Below, piece after piece: positions 50,856 to 63,444 of a stretch of 64,000 bases of DNA; positions within the stretch are counted from its first letter, which is position 1; each line of letters opens with the position of its first letter. Position numbers and translations under genes: made by a program. Under the pieces are notes generated by a model that saw only the letters and a program-made list of their open reading frames with translations, was not told the origin of the DNA and did not search any database. The stretch spans positions 44,270,001 through 44,334,000 of the forward strand of contig NW_024704743.1 of assembly GCF_018977255.1 (NCBI RefSeq), given 5' to 3'. Source of the DNA: Callorhinchus milii. Taxonomy: Eukaryota.

Positions 50856-52545
50856 AGTAGAGTATGATTATACAGTAATAGTATGACATCTGTTGGAACA
50901 TTGTTTTAATTAGCACTGTAGCCCATTTGTGTTGTGTGTGATGTCCAATTATCTGCACTATTTGTTTATTAGCAATGGGCTGGTCCCAATTAGTGTGGAT
51001 AATTGGCTTTCTAGTGTAAATTAACTTGCACTTCAGTGCTTCTCCCCTTCTCTTTCTCAACATTGTTTTCTTCACATCAAGGTGTGGGATTACATTTTCA
51101 TGCCAAGTGTTATATATTCCTGGTACGGTACAAAAAAGCCAGGTGCAGAATTTGCCCCTATCTCTCTACTGTATCACTGTGAATTCCTCGATTCTCACAA
51201 GAGACACCTTTATGATGTATTAATAAGGTACTCATTTTGTTCTGAATTGGGTTTTTTCTCTGCTGTGAGTCTGCACCCACTTGCCTTTGCATTGAAGGTC
51301 TGGATTGCATTGTCCTTCACTTCACATTGAACCACACAGCTGGCAAAGAGAAGAAACGTTCATCATATTAAACTGCGTTAAATTCAAACCAAGGTTCCAA
51401 AGATGAAACAATAATGTTATTTCCTCTCAATTCCCTTTTGAGTATTTAAACACGAGGGCTAAACATGTTCACAAGCAGTGAGGTTAAAGCCATATTTATG
51501 TCAGGGTTATTTATATTAGTGTTACATTGTAAAACTGAAAAACACATTTAGGAGATAATTCTTGGATCAGAACAAAACTCCCCCAAGTCGATGTGTCGCT
51601 CGTGGATTTCTCTGCAGGCTTTATGTCTCAAGACATTTTTTCAGTGAGAGATACCATTTATCCTGTGGTTTCCCCATTGGTGTGTTTTTTAATAACAATA
51701 ATAATCCTTGCATTTGATATAGTGTCTTATTATGTCATTGAGACATCTCAAAGCACTTCACAGAATATATTGTAAAGTGAATTGACAGCTTGTTGCCCAA
51801 TAAATCATTTCTACGCTTTTAGCTTCAAATAATGGAACATTGCTTTTGTGGAATGAGGATGCTGGCGTGTTCGTCTCTGTGACAATGTTATGGTATTCCA
51901 GTGGTGGATATTGCCATCAATATCAGTGCAGTGCTCACTGCACACAGATTAAAACATTTCAGAAGCACTGAGTCAGACTGCTATGAATGCAAGATATGAA
52001 TGTACAAAATGCCATGTGAACATAATGTGAACGGACTAAACCTGATCTGTGAATACCTAGTAAATGTCAAAAAATCAATACATATATATATATAAAACAC
52101 AGGGGAAACATGGAATTCAAACAGGTGGAAAAAATAACTGGACGATGAACCAATTCAAATGTACATTTAGTAAGACTTCAGGCAAAGAAGTTAGGAAATA
52201 GAGACGTGATATCAGAAAAACTACCCCCAAAACATACAAGACTCCAAATATCCACAAATAAATCTACCAAAAGCACAGAGAAAAATGACCACCAGGACAT
52301 AATTGAGGACATTTATTTATCTTCCATAATAGACAATAAACTTTTAAGAAATTGTAACAGCCTTAAAATTCTCATGTGAAAATTCAGTGTTCACTTAAAT
52401 CTCAGTTCAAAGTACAGCATAGTCTATTTGAAGGAATAAGCAACAACTTGCATTTATACAAAGTGATTCACAAGTTCTCACTTGTAGAGTTTTTGATTAT
52501 TAATTATGTTTTTTAAAGATGACATTGTAAAGAGTATGCAGCTTC

Positions 52546-52856
52546 TAATAATAATCCTTCATTTGATATAGCGCTTTTCACGTCTTCTCGACATCTCAAA
52601 GTGCTTCACAGAATATGCTGTAAAGTGAATAGACTGTATATTTGTGGGCGAAACGCGACAGCCTATTGCGCACAGCAGTGTCCCACAAACAGTCATGGAT
52701 TGAAAATGACCAATTTATTATTGTTTTTTTGTTTTGGAGGGATTATTATTAGGCGTGTGGAGTAAGGAAACATGCCCAAGGTTTCGCCCTGCCTGGAATT
52801 GAACCCAGGTCTCTCGCTTGCAAGGCGAGTGCTCTAACCATGGAGCTACAGGATTC
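52546..52856 (-). mobile_element. SINE family A, short-body variant, full length
   Basis: Reverse complement closely matches 2403-2718. Confidence 0.92.
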
Positions 52857-52889
52857 CACAAGCTATTACAGGAGATGTTTTTTCCAGAC

Positions 52890-53040
52890 TGATGTGGCTA
52901 GATTTCTGTTAGGTCAGGGTGTCATGGGATACAGGGTAAGGGCGGGGTAATTGGAGTTGAGGTACAGATCAACCATGATCTGATAGAATGACAGAACAGG
53001 CTCGACGGGCTGAATGGCCTACTCCTGTTTCTATGTCTTT
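52890..53040 (+). mobile_element. CR1 3' UTR fragment
   Basis: GAGTTGAGGTACAGATCAACCATGATC...GGGCTGAATGGCCTACTCCTG, similar to 46700-46788. Confidence 0.75.
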
Positions 53041-53126
53041 GATCGGGTTCGTGAAAGTTTTTGTCACCAAGTTGTTATATGTAAATGTCTACATGATATG
53101 CAGTTTAAACATCTCGTATGGACCTA

Positions 53127-53283
53127 TGAGTAATAATAGTAATAATCCTTGCATTTAATTTCACGTCTTCTAGACTTCTCAAAGCGCTTCATAGAATATA
53201 TTGTGAAGTGAATTGACTGTATATTTGTGGGCGAAACTCGGCACAGTGGTGTCCCACAAACAGACGTGGATTGACGTGACCAC
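53127..53283 (-). mobile_element. SINE family A, 3' fragment
   Basis: Reverse-complement tail and Deu-like segment. Confidence 0.8.
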
Positions 53284-53427
53284 TTTTGATTCACCTTGTC
53301 CTTCAAGTAGGATAGCACCTGGAAGTGCTGTACAATGCCAGGGTTAGGCGCCGAGCGAAGGAAAAGCGGGAGGGGAAGTTGACTCAGATCCAGCCGAATA
53401 GGTAGGTTTTCTGGGGGGATTTGAAGA

Positions 53428-53810
53428 CAGTCCTGTAGCTCAGTGGTTGGAGCACTCGGCTTGCAAGAGAGAGACCTGGGTTTGATTCCCAGCAGGGCGA
53501 AATGTTGGGCAAGTTTCCTTACTCCACATGTCTCTGTTTACCTAGCAGTAAATAGGAACCCGGTTGTTAGTCAATTGGTGAGCTAACTTTTCCAGGGATA
53601 ATAATCTTTCAAACAAAACAATAATAATATGGTCACTCAATCCACGACTGTTTGTGGGACATTGTTGTGCGCAATTGGCTGCCGCATTTCGCTCACAAAT
53701 ATACAGTCAATTCACTTTACGGGATATTCTGTGAATCGCTTTGAGACGTCCAGAAGATGTGAAAAGCGCTATATCAAATGCAAGGATTATTATTATAATA
53801 TTATTATCAT
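53428..53810 (+). mobile_element. SINE family A, long-body variant, full length
   Basis: tRNA head, long body and (TTA)n tail. Confidence 0.92.
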
Positions 53811-53932
53811 GGTCTTGAAATTTAAGACCATTATTTTAAAATGTAAAATCATGAGGAATTTTGAACCACCTTTTAAATTAAAACTGAACTTAAAAAAATT
53901 CCAGTATGCCTCATAATATTATATTTTAAGAC

Positions 53933-54312
53933 TTTTTGTGTTGGACATATGCGGAAATTGATTGCCATGCTTAAGAGTATTCAAATCAGACCAAGAGTTC
54001 TTTGCATGCCACCTACATTTGGAAATTTCCATATCTGGAATGGAATGCGCACACTCTCCCTGGAGGGATGCACCCTTCTCACCTAAATCCTGAGAGTTTT
54101 AGGCACAGCTTGGCAAGAGCCAAGGCCCCAGAGTGTGTATTGGAGTACTGCTGGAATTTAACCAGTTAAAACCACATAGTTTGCCAATGAAATCATTGTC
54201 TGGCAAGCTTGCTGCTGTTTGTCAATGAGCCAGACTGGCTGGTCTGTCATCACTAGTACCAATCTTGCTCCAAGGATACCCAGATTACCTCCTTTCTCCT
54301 TCCCCCAATCCA
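53933..54312 (-). repeat. repeat family X copy (internally deleted)
   Basis: The reverse complement matches 9200-9237, 9352-9372 and 9484-9765. Confidence 0.75.
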
Positions 54313-55105
54313 AAGGAGTTGAATTTATAGTTAAACCCCTTTTAGGAGTTCTCTGCCTCAATAGTGTAGCAAGGATGATGGAAGAAAATCAGTTCTATAT
54401 ATTCCCAACACAAACATTCGATATGTTTGAAAATGTTTCAAGTATTCCACTCAAAATTGTAAGAACTAATTCCCAATATTTCTGTACTGGATGATGCTCA
54501 GATTGTAACACTAGAAGTGGTGCCTGCATATCTAACCCATGTGCTTGTTTCTGAATGCTAAAAGGTGACGATTAATCTAAAATGATGCTAATTGGTTTAG
54601 GAAAGTTCTTCCAATATCTAAGATTAATAATTTAATGAGGCTGAAATTGGCTCTAAATGGTTTTACATAATCTTCCTGGTCCAAGTTTAATCTTTAATTA
54701 ACTAATTCATTAAACTGCACAAACAGAATCAATCCATCTCTCATGATCAGTTTTAGCCACTGTCCCTTTAAGAATGTGTTATGTTCCACAAGCTAACAGG
54801 CTTATCTTATTAGGATCTTTCTGAAACCCTCATTCAGTACTCAACGCTGACAGAATTTAACTCTTGGTTGACCAAAAAGTGAAAGCAGGAAGCTCTACAA
54901 AGAACCTCGGTTATAAAGTTAATACATGGTAAATCAAGTTCTAAAAGGCTTGTAAGCAATGTGAAAATTTTATTAGTAGTTCTGCAGGTTCTTCTCGCTT
55001 GCATTTTGATTGGCAGACGTAGTTGAATCTAGTTTATTTCTTTTTTCTGGTGCTTTAGACTTGTCTCTTCAAATCTTCCATCTTGGGTCTTCCTTACTGT
55101 CACTG

Positions 55106-56092
55106 TGGAGTCCTGTAGCTCAGTGGTTAGAGTGCTCGCCTTCGCAAGCAAGAGACCTGGGTTTGATTCCCAGGCAGGGCGAAACGTTGAGCAAGTTTCC
55201 TTACTCCATGCGCCTTTGTTTACCTAGCAGTACGTAGGAACAAGGATGTTACTCAACCTTGGCATCAGGTTCGACCCCCAATTATCTTTCCTCCCCCACA
55301 TCCGGTCCCTCACCAGCACCGTTTTCTTCCACCTCCGACGCATCACCCGTCTCCACACATATCTCTCTCCGAAACCCGCTGAAACCCTCGTCCATGCCTT
55401 TGTCACCTCTCGGCTGGAATACTCTAACGCCCTCCTCGACGGTCTCCCAACCACCACCATCCATAAAATCCAAATCATCCAAACCTCTACCGCCCGCATT
55501 CTCACCCGTACCAAACTACGTTCCCCAAATACCCCAGTCCTTGCCAGACTGCACTGGCTGCCTATCCCAGAGAGGGTCGATTTCAAGATCCTCACCCTTG
55601 TATTCAAGTCCCTGCACTCCTCTGCACCCCCCCTACCTCTCTGACCTCTTCTCTCCTCAAAACAGTACCTGTTGCCTTTGTTCCTCCAGGTCTGGCCTCC
55701 TCCTCCCCGAATCCTCCGCTCTACCCTCGGCAGCCGTGCCTTCAGCCACTATGTCCCGAGGCTCTGGAATTCCCTTCCTCACTCCCTTTGCCTCGCCCCC
55801 TCTCTTCCTACTTTCAGGTCCCTTCTGAAGACCTTTCTTTTCGACCGTGCCTTTGATCGCCTTCCTTCCCCTCCCCCTGGCTTGGCCCCGGGATCCGTTA
55901 CTGTGAAGCGCTCTGAGACGCAGTCCGGCGTGGAGGGCGCTATCTAAATCCAAATTGTTGTTGTTGTTAGTCGATTGGCGGTTCGCTTTTCCAGGGGTAA
56001 TAATTCCTTAAACAAATAAAAAAATTGGTCACTCAATCCACGACTGTTTGTGGGTGTGCTGTGTGCAATTGGCTGCCGTATTTCACCCACAA
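55106..56092 (+). mobile_element. SINE family A (long body) split by an L2 insertion (55106-55243 + 55966-56092)
   Basis: The head ends at GTAGGAAC and the body resumes at GTTAGTCGATTGG, matching GTAGGAACCCGGTTGTTAGTC in intact copies. Confidence 0.9.
55246..55967 (+). mobile_element. L2 LINE 3' fragment (second subfamily)
   Basis: ORF 55246-55644 (NLGIRFDP...[17 protein letters not shown]...LHWLP..RVDFKIL) and (TTG)n tail. Confidence 0.93.
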
Positions 56093-56269
56093 GATGGAGT
56101 TTTTTAAGGAGTTGTTGTTATGTGATTAGTACCACTGGAATTCCATTCAGTTCAATTAAGACCAGCGCAGAGATTTTTCTCCTTTATGATTTTCCATTGT
56201 CCATCTTATCACATTGGAGCCACCTCAGGCCCAAGGAAAATCAACTTACCTCCCGCCAAGGAGGACAGT

Positions 56270-57548
56270 TGGTCATTTGACTTCTAACAAATCGAATAGA
56301 ATTTTTCGATGAGGTAACGGAGAGGGTGGATAAAGGTAGTGCAGTTGATGTAGTTTATATGGACTTTCAAAAGGCATTTGACAAAGTGCCACATGAAAGA
56401 CTTGTGAGAAAGATAGAAGCCCATGGTATAAAAGGGAGAGTGGCAGCATGGATCCAGAACTGGCTGGGAGACAGAAAGCAGGGAGTTGTGGTGAACGGCT
56501 GCTTTTCTGACTGGAGGGAAGTGTACAGTGGCATCCCCCAGGGATCAGTATTAGGACCATTGCTCTTCTTAATATACATAAATGATCTGGACTTGGGTAT
56601 AGCAAGCACCATTTCCAAGTTTGCGGAAGACACAAAGTTAGGTAGGGTAGTAAACAGTGAGAAGGATAGTAGCCAACTGCAGGAAGACATAGACAGAATG
56701 GTAAAATGGGCAGACACATGGCAGATAAGTTTCAATGTGGAGAAGTGTGAGGTAATGCATTTTGGTAGAAAGAATGAGGGGAGGCAATATAGGCTGGTAA
56801 TACAATCTTAAGGGGGGTTAAAGAACAGAGAGACCTGGGGGTGCAGGCAAATGAGTCCTTGAAGGTGGCAGGACAGGTAGATAAAGCTGTAAAAAGGGCA
56901 TATGGGATACTAGGCTTTATAAATAGGGGTATAGAGTACAAGAGTCAGGAGGTTATGATTAACCTATATAAAACACTGGTTAGGCCTCAGTTAGAATACT
57001 GTGCCCAGTTCTGGGCACCACACTATAGGAAGGATGTTAAGGCATTGGAAAGGGTGCAGAGGAGATTTACGAGGATGGTACCAGGAATGAGGGACCTTGA
57101 TTATGAGGAAAGGCTAGAGAGGCTGGGATTATTCTCATTGGAGCAGAGAAGGTTACGAGGAGACCTAATAGAGGTCTTCAAAATCATGAGGGGATTTGAT
57201 AGGTTAGAAAGGGAAAAACTGTTTCCACTGGTGGGTGTGTCGGTGACTCGAGGTCACAGATTCAAAATAATCTCCAAAACAAGCGGAGGAGAGGTGAGAA
57301 GAATTTTTTCACACAGCGAGTTGTTCGAATCTGGAACGCATTGCCTGAAAGGGTGGTCGAGGCCGATTTGATAACTACTTTTAAAAACGCGGTGGACGGG
57401 TATTTAAGGAGGACGGGTTTGCAGGGTTATGGGGAAAAGGCTGAGGAGTGGGATTGACATTAATTGCTCTAATCAAAGAGCCGGCACAAACTCGAAGGAC
57501 CGAATGGCCTCTTTGTGCTGTACGATTCTATGATTCTGTGATCTATGA
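56270..57548 (+). mobile_element. CR1 LINE, 5'-truncated (~1.28 kb), RT region to 3' tail
   Basis: ORF 56326-56811 ([30 protein letters not shown]) and ORF 56841-57371 (LVRPQLEYCAQFW, RRLRGDLIEVFK); tail GATTCTATGATTCTGTGATCTATGA. It is frameshifted and the catalytic ADD reads AED. Confidence 0.95.
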
Positions 57549-59517
57549 ACAAGCAGAGATTTGAGCCCTCACTAGGTAGATAACAGGTACCAAGAACTCA
57601 TTCATCATAAGATGCATCAAAGCATTACCACAATCCACATGAACACTTCATGGGCACCATTGAATAGCGGTTCCATCATATGGAGGTGCAAAGCTTCAGA
57701 TGTTTACCTTTCTGCGTACCAGTCATGGTTTACATCAAGCCTTGGATAAATGAGTGTGTGTTCATGAACCTAAACTCCAGTCACAGCTAGGAACTGTTAT
57801 CTCAAGCCTCAGAGTTTCCTTATTGGTTATTCGATGCACATCTGTCTTCTGGTGATGGAAGAATTTATATAACTTGTGATGTGCCGGCATTGCAAAATTA
57901 CACATGGAATATTGATCTGTCATCATCTAGCCATAATGTCCAGAAACTGCCCTCCCCACCTGATAATTACCTTCAACGAGCAGCGATTGCAGAGCACTCA
58001 GATATAGGGCTAAACATCAAAGCAACCAGCAGAAATGACAAGAATTTTTTTAAATTACTCAGGATTATGTTTCTTACGGAAGTGCTCAATTTATAGTCAT
58101 AAAGATACATATTTTAGGCACTCTGATTTCCTCTGAATCTCAGTCTATCATCAGTTGTGACCACTATTATGCATGCAGTGCTGTACGAGACATTTGATAA
58201 TAATGACATGGATAAGTGATGATGACGGTACTCCAAGGGTTTGAAACTGTATAATCTGGCTCGCAGAAGTGTGACCCATCAAGCATAGCAACCCAGTGAA
58301 TTGGGACAATAAGCAAATATAACGATGCCAGTCTCAATCTTCACCTATTATGTACAAATAGTCTTGACAGTTGTAGTCAGCTCACAAGCCACCATTATTC
58401 AAAATTATTCAGTATTTTGAAAAAAAAATGATGCAGAATGAATACTTCAATCTTAGAACAGCTGGTTTAGTGGGGAGGAAATTTTTTTTCTTCTTCTTTC
58501 TGGTGTATAATTTGTCTGATTAAGTAAAACCAGGAAGTTAACCTTGGGCAAATATTATTGAACTACATTGAATAATGTATAAAAATATTACTGTAATCAA
58601 TATCAGAGTTTTAGCACAGTAAATGTTGTTTTAAAATGTACTGTAAACATCTTGTGAGGATTAAATCTTATAACAAATATTCAAGTTACATTGTGGTATT
58701 TAGTGAGCTATGTTCCAATGCTGAATTCAGTAATGCTGTATCTCCAAAATGTGATAATCTATAGCAAAACATTCTATTTTTAATCTCCAATTGGCTGCTT
58801 TCCAATGAATCCGGAAATAAATTGACTAGCAGTTAGCTAATTATTTTTGAAAGGGTGCAGCACAGCAAGTCATGCTGTACAGCATGAGCTTGTTGCAATA
58901 TATTTTAACAAAAAATGTAGCACTTACAGGCAAGTGAAACGAGCAGAACAAACAACCTTAAAATGTATTTCCTCTCCTTGATTGACAAAGAAAAGACAAT
59001 CCATTAGTACTTAGCTTTTAACAGCCTTAGTAAGATTGATACCATCTGGTAGGCAGACTTTATTAATGCCTTGACTATAAACAGTCTGAACAGATCCTAT
59101 TAGTTGTGGCTCATTAGTTTTACAGCTTTTGATATATTCAAAAAATATGTTTACCACCTCAATCACACCTCTAAAATACTGCATAATGATAAAACAGATA
59201 TTTACTTCAAGCACTGGTTATCAAATATTATGTAGGAGCTAATGATTTGTTAATAGATCAAAACATTTCCATGCTATTCATGTTCGCATGACTAATTTTT
59301 CTTTACTCACTCCACTATGGCTATATAATTTGTTTGAAGGAACTGTAGCCAAGATCTTATAATAATATTAGTAATTATCCTTGCATATGATTTGTTTTGT
59401 AAGCCGTATATCTGAAACATGCAGAAATCCATCATAATGTTTATAATAAAAATAATAATTTTTGCATTTGATATAGTCTTATCAAGTGTTCAAAACAACT
59501 AAAACCACTTTAGAGTG

Positions 59518-59886
59518 TAGTAATAATAATAATCCTTGCATTTGATATGGCGCCTTTTCACATCTTCGAGATGTCTCAAAGCGCCTCACAGAATATACTG
59601 TAAAGTGAATTGACTTTATATTTTGTGGGCAAATCGCGGCAACCCAATTGCGGACAGCAGTGTCCCATAAACAGTCATGGATTGAAGTGACCAATTTCTT
59701 CTTTTTTTTGAAGGAATTATTACCATTGGAAAAGCAATCTACTAATCGACTAACAACCAAGTTCCTACTTACTGCAAGCAGAGGCATGTGGAGTAAGGAA
59801 ACTTGCCCAACATTTTGCCCTGCCTGGGTTGAACCCGGGTCTCTCGCTTGCAAGGCGAGTGATCTAACTACTGAGCTGCAGGACAC
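59518..59886 (-). mobile_element. SINE family A, long-body variant, apparently nested in an older Deu-SINE (~59452-60050)
   Basis: Full copy on the minus strand; an older tail lies to the left and Deu-like sequence to the right. Confidence 0.9.
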
Positions 59887-60898
59887 CACCGGTACTAACT
59901 ATGTATTTGTAGGCAAACGTGACAACTAATTTGTACAATGGCCTACAAAAAGCCATGAAATGAATGACCAATTTTATCTGGTCAGGGCACTGGGAGAAAC
60001 ACCTTTTTGTTTTCTTCAAATAGTGCCATGGAATCTTTAACATCCACGTAAGGTATACATGTAATTCTTGCTTTACATTATTGAAGGAAATGTGGCACTC
60101 ATTATTTCAGAACGTATGAATATTGCATGAAGGTACTATATCTATTTTGCCTTCTCATTGAGTAGAAAGAAAGGCGAAAAAAATTATCCTTGATATAGTG
60201 TCTTTCAGGTTAGGTGGACATCTCAAAGTACTTCACAGAATTTACTTTAAATCGTTATGACTCTGTATTTTGTAGGCAAATGCAACAGCCAGTTTGTGCA
60301 TAACATTGTCCCACAAAGAGTGGCAAAACAGTTTCACCCACAAAACACACAGTCATTGCACTTTACAGTATATCCTGTGAAGCAGGTGGGCGTCCTCCCG
60401 ACATGAAAGGCGCTATTACCAAATGTGAGGATTATTATTATGAGGTAATTGACTATTATTTGCCAAGTTTATTCCAGGAAGCTGTTTATAGTTAATGATT
60501 GCTTTCTATGGCCTGTAGGCCTAAGTGGCTTTCTCGTAATTCAGTGGTTACGTCTACCAACAGCTTTGTGCTCTGATGTTCAAAGCCTGGGGCAACTGGA
60601 AAGTGAGTAAATTAAAATTCTTTTAAAATGTATTTAAGGTAATTCAGTGCAATCTCTACAAAAAGTTGGTCAGGAATTGATCTCAGGTATACACAACACT
60701 TATCAGTGGTACTTGAGGATAAGAAACTTTATGGCCCTTTTAGCTTATTGAGTTGCAATATAAACAGAGCAGCACTATTTCAGATTTCGTTATTAAAGGG
60801 AATGGATAGAAAATTAACTGAAGGATAGAAAACTGAGATTTGGATTAAGTGGATATTTTTTCAGAGTGTGGAGAGCTCTAAGTAGTGTCCCCAAAGAT

Positions 60899-61395
60899 TA
60901 CAACAACAACAACTTACACTTGTATAGCGCCCTTCACATCGGAAAGATGTCCCAGGGTGCTGAACAGTCAGGATTTTTTGGACCCGAGCTGGAAGTTGGA
61001 GTCAGGAGGGGTAGAGGGCTGGGGGGATAGGGGTGGAAAGGTGGCCGAAGGCGCGGTCGAAGAGGAAGGTCTTTAAACTGGACTTGAAGGAGGCAAGAGA
61101 GGAGGTGAGGCAGAGGGATTGCGGGATAGAGTTTGTGAGTGTGGGGGCAGAGATGCTAGTTGCCCGACCGCCAATGGTGGGGCGGGAAGTGCAGGGGACC
61201 TGAAACAGACCAGTGTCCTCCGAGCGGAGGGAGCAGCAGGCTGATATGGGGTTATGAGGTCAGAGAGGTAGGGTTGAGCAAGACCATGGAGGGCTTTGAA
61301 GGTGAGAACAAGTGGTTTATACTCGATTTTCTGAGGGATGGGGAGCCAGTGAAGCCGAGCAGGAACGGGGGTGATTGATGTGTGGAGCCCGGTGC
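60899..61395 (-). mobile_element. L2 LINE 3' fragment
   Basis: (TTG)n tail, hairpin and LHWLP / FKALHGL coding remnant on the minus strand; similar to 8061-8540. Confidence 0.88.
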
Positions 61396-61756
61396 GGAAA
61401 GTTGTTGTTGATGTATCGTCTGGCAGGCTGGCATTTTACGATGAGAGACCCTCATGCATTGGTGCTGCCATTTCAGTGTTGCTCACAGGGCACCCAGATG
61501 CCCAATATCAACCCAACTTTAAAGTTCTAGATGGACTCATAATGAGCAGCTAATGAGGTCATTAACAAATACAACAAAGGAATGTGACGGACAAGAGGAA
61601 ACTACTGACAATTTGGAACCATTAGGGGAAAGAATATTTTACACAAATTGAGCTTTCCAGACATTTTGCACAAAGGTAACAGTTTTCGATCTTACATTTA
61701 CATTTGAGATCACATAAATATGAGTTTTAAAGGACTCTTCATGAGGTTCAATTAAG

Positions 61757-62068
61757 TGGAGTCCTGTAGCTCAGTGGTTAGAGCACTTGCCTCGCAAGCG
61801 AGAGACCTGGGTTTGATTCCCGGCAGGGCAAAATCTTGGGCAAGTCTCCTTACTCCACACTTCTGATAATAATCCTTCAAAAAAAAACAATAATAAATTG
61901 GTCACTTCAATTCATAACTCTTTGTGGGACACTGTTGTGCACAATTGGCTGCTGTGTTTCACCCACAAATATACAGCCAATTCACTTTACAGTTTATTCT
62001 GTGAAGCGCTTTGAGACGTCTAGAAGATGTGAAAAGCGCTATATCAAATGCAAGGAATGCAAGGATTA
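61757..62068 (+). mobile_element. SINE family A, short-body variant, full length
   Basis: TGGAGTCCTGTAGCTCAGTGG head and short body; tail carries a duplicated AATGCAAGGA. Confidence 0.92.
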
Positions 62069-62130
62069 ACACACATTCTGGGTCACCTTGGCTCTTGCCA
62101 ACCTTTGCGTAATACTCTCCAGAATTAAGT
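62069..62130 (+). repeat. repeat family X fragment
   Basis: CCTTGGCTCTTGCCAACCTTTGCGTAATACTCTCCAGAATTAAG matches 39935-39980. Confidence 0.65.
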
Positions 62131-62135
62131 TTTGA

Positions 62136-62261
62136 ACAATTGGCTGCTGCGTTTCGCCCACATAATATACAGTCAATTCACTTTACAGTATATTCTGTGA
62201 AGCTCTTTGAGACATCTAGAAGACGTGATAAGGCCCTGTATCAAATGCAAGGATTATTATT
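62136..62261 (+). mobile_element. SINE family A, 3' fragment
   Basis: Tail segment with hairpin and (TTA)n. Confidence 0.8.
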
Positions 62262-63073
62262 AAACTTTCTCTCTGCTGCATAGCGTGGGTCTGTGCTGTA
62301 TTTGGCTTCCAGATTAATCAAGAACCAAGTAACAGATTTCAAGTTGCATTCGGCTGCTGATGCATGAAAATTGCCCCATTTCTGTTCTGGTAACCACCTC
62401 CAGAGGTTCCAGCACTCTCTTGTTTGTATTAGAGTGCTGTCCCCAAAGGCAAGGCTGCTGCCAGTGCCAATGCAATAAATTAAAGAACCATTGCTCTTTT
62501 GCTAGCAGCTGTCACAGACTAGATCCTTATTATGAGCTATTATTCCCTCCAAACTGCATTGTGTCCTAATTATTTCACAATTAACAGTATTTGTCACACT
62601 GCTCAACTGTAATTTCTTTTACTCCTCACATATTCCATTAATCCTTAATGTCGTTGACGTTTCTCATCAACACTTTTTGCAGCTTGCCCAGAAGAAACAT
62701 AATATCGAAGGAAATTGGACTCATCCAGGTCTCACTGCTCATGGGATTTCAACAATGGGTCCTGCTGCACAAAAGTGCAACACTCTGTTGGAGGGGCTGG
62801 CTGGCAATTGAGCATCGCTTATAGTCCAGGCACTGATTTTTACATCCAAACTGCCAGCTGTTTCCCTGCTTCAGTATTGTGTTTGTGCTGACACTGGGTT
62901 GCTATGGTGGGGTTAAAGAATCAGTGACACCAAATGTAGATACCATTAGATAAGCAATATATCTGATGCTACCATTGCAAGGTCTTAAACGCAGCCTCCA
63001 ACGTCCTTGCCACAGTGCACATCGTGTATTTGCACTGGTACGAAATGAGAATTCCTGCAGTGCCCACCAAAAA

Positions 63074-63444
63074 ATTAATAGAAGTTATCAAAATTATGAG
63101 GGGATTCAATAGGGTGAACAAGAAGAAAATATTTTCACTGGCGAGTGGGTCGGTAATCCAAGGACACCGATTTAAAATAGTTGTTAAAAGAAACAGAGGG
63201 GAAGTGAGGAGAAATTTTTTCGCACAGCGAGTTGTTCAGGTCTGGAATGCATTACCTGAAAGGGTGGTGGAAGCCGATTCGATAACAACTTTTAAGAGAG
63301 AAGTAGATAATTATTTGGGGAGGACAAGTTTGCAGGGCTATGGGGAGAGAGCGGGGGAGTGGGATTGAATTGGATGGCTCTTTTCAAAGAGCCGAAACAG
63401 ACACGATGTTTCTGTGCTGTATAATTCTATGATTCTATGATTCA
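63074..63444 (+). mobile_element. CR1 3' fragment
   Basis: LIEVIKIMRGFNRV...RRNFFAQRVVQVWNALPERVVEA...GYGERAGEWD; (ATTCTATG)n tail. Confidence 0.92.

Noticed and set aside
53629..53916. Recurrent small 'protein family' (TNIQSIHFT...RRCEKRYIKCKDYYY) at many loci
   Set aside because: These are translations of SINE A tails, not genes.
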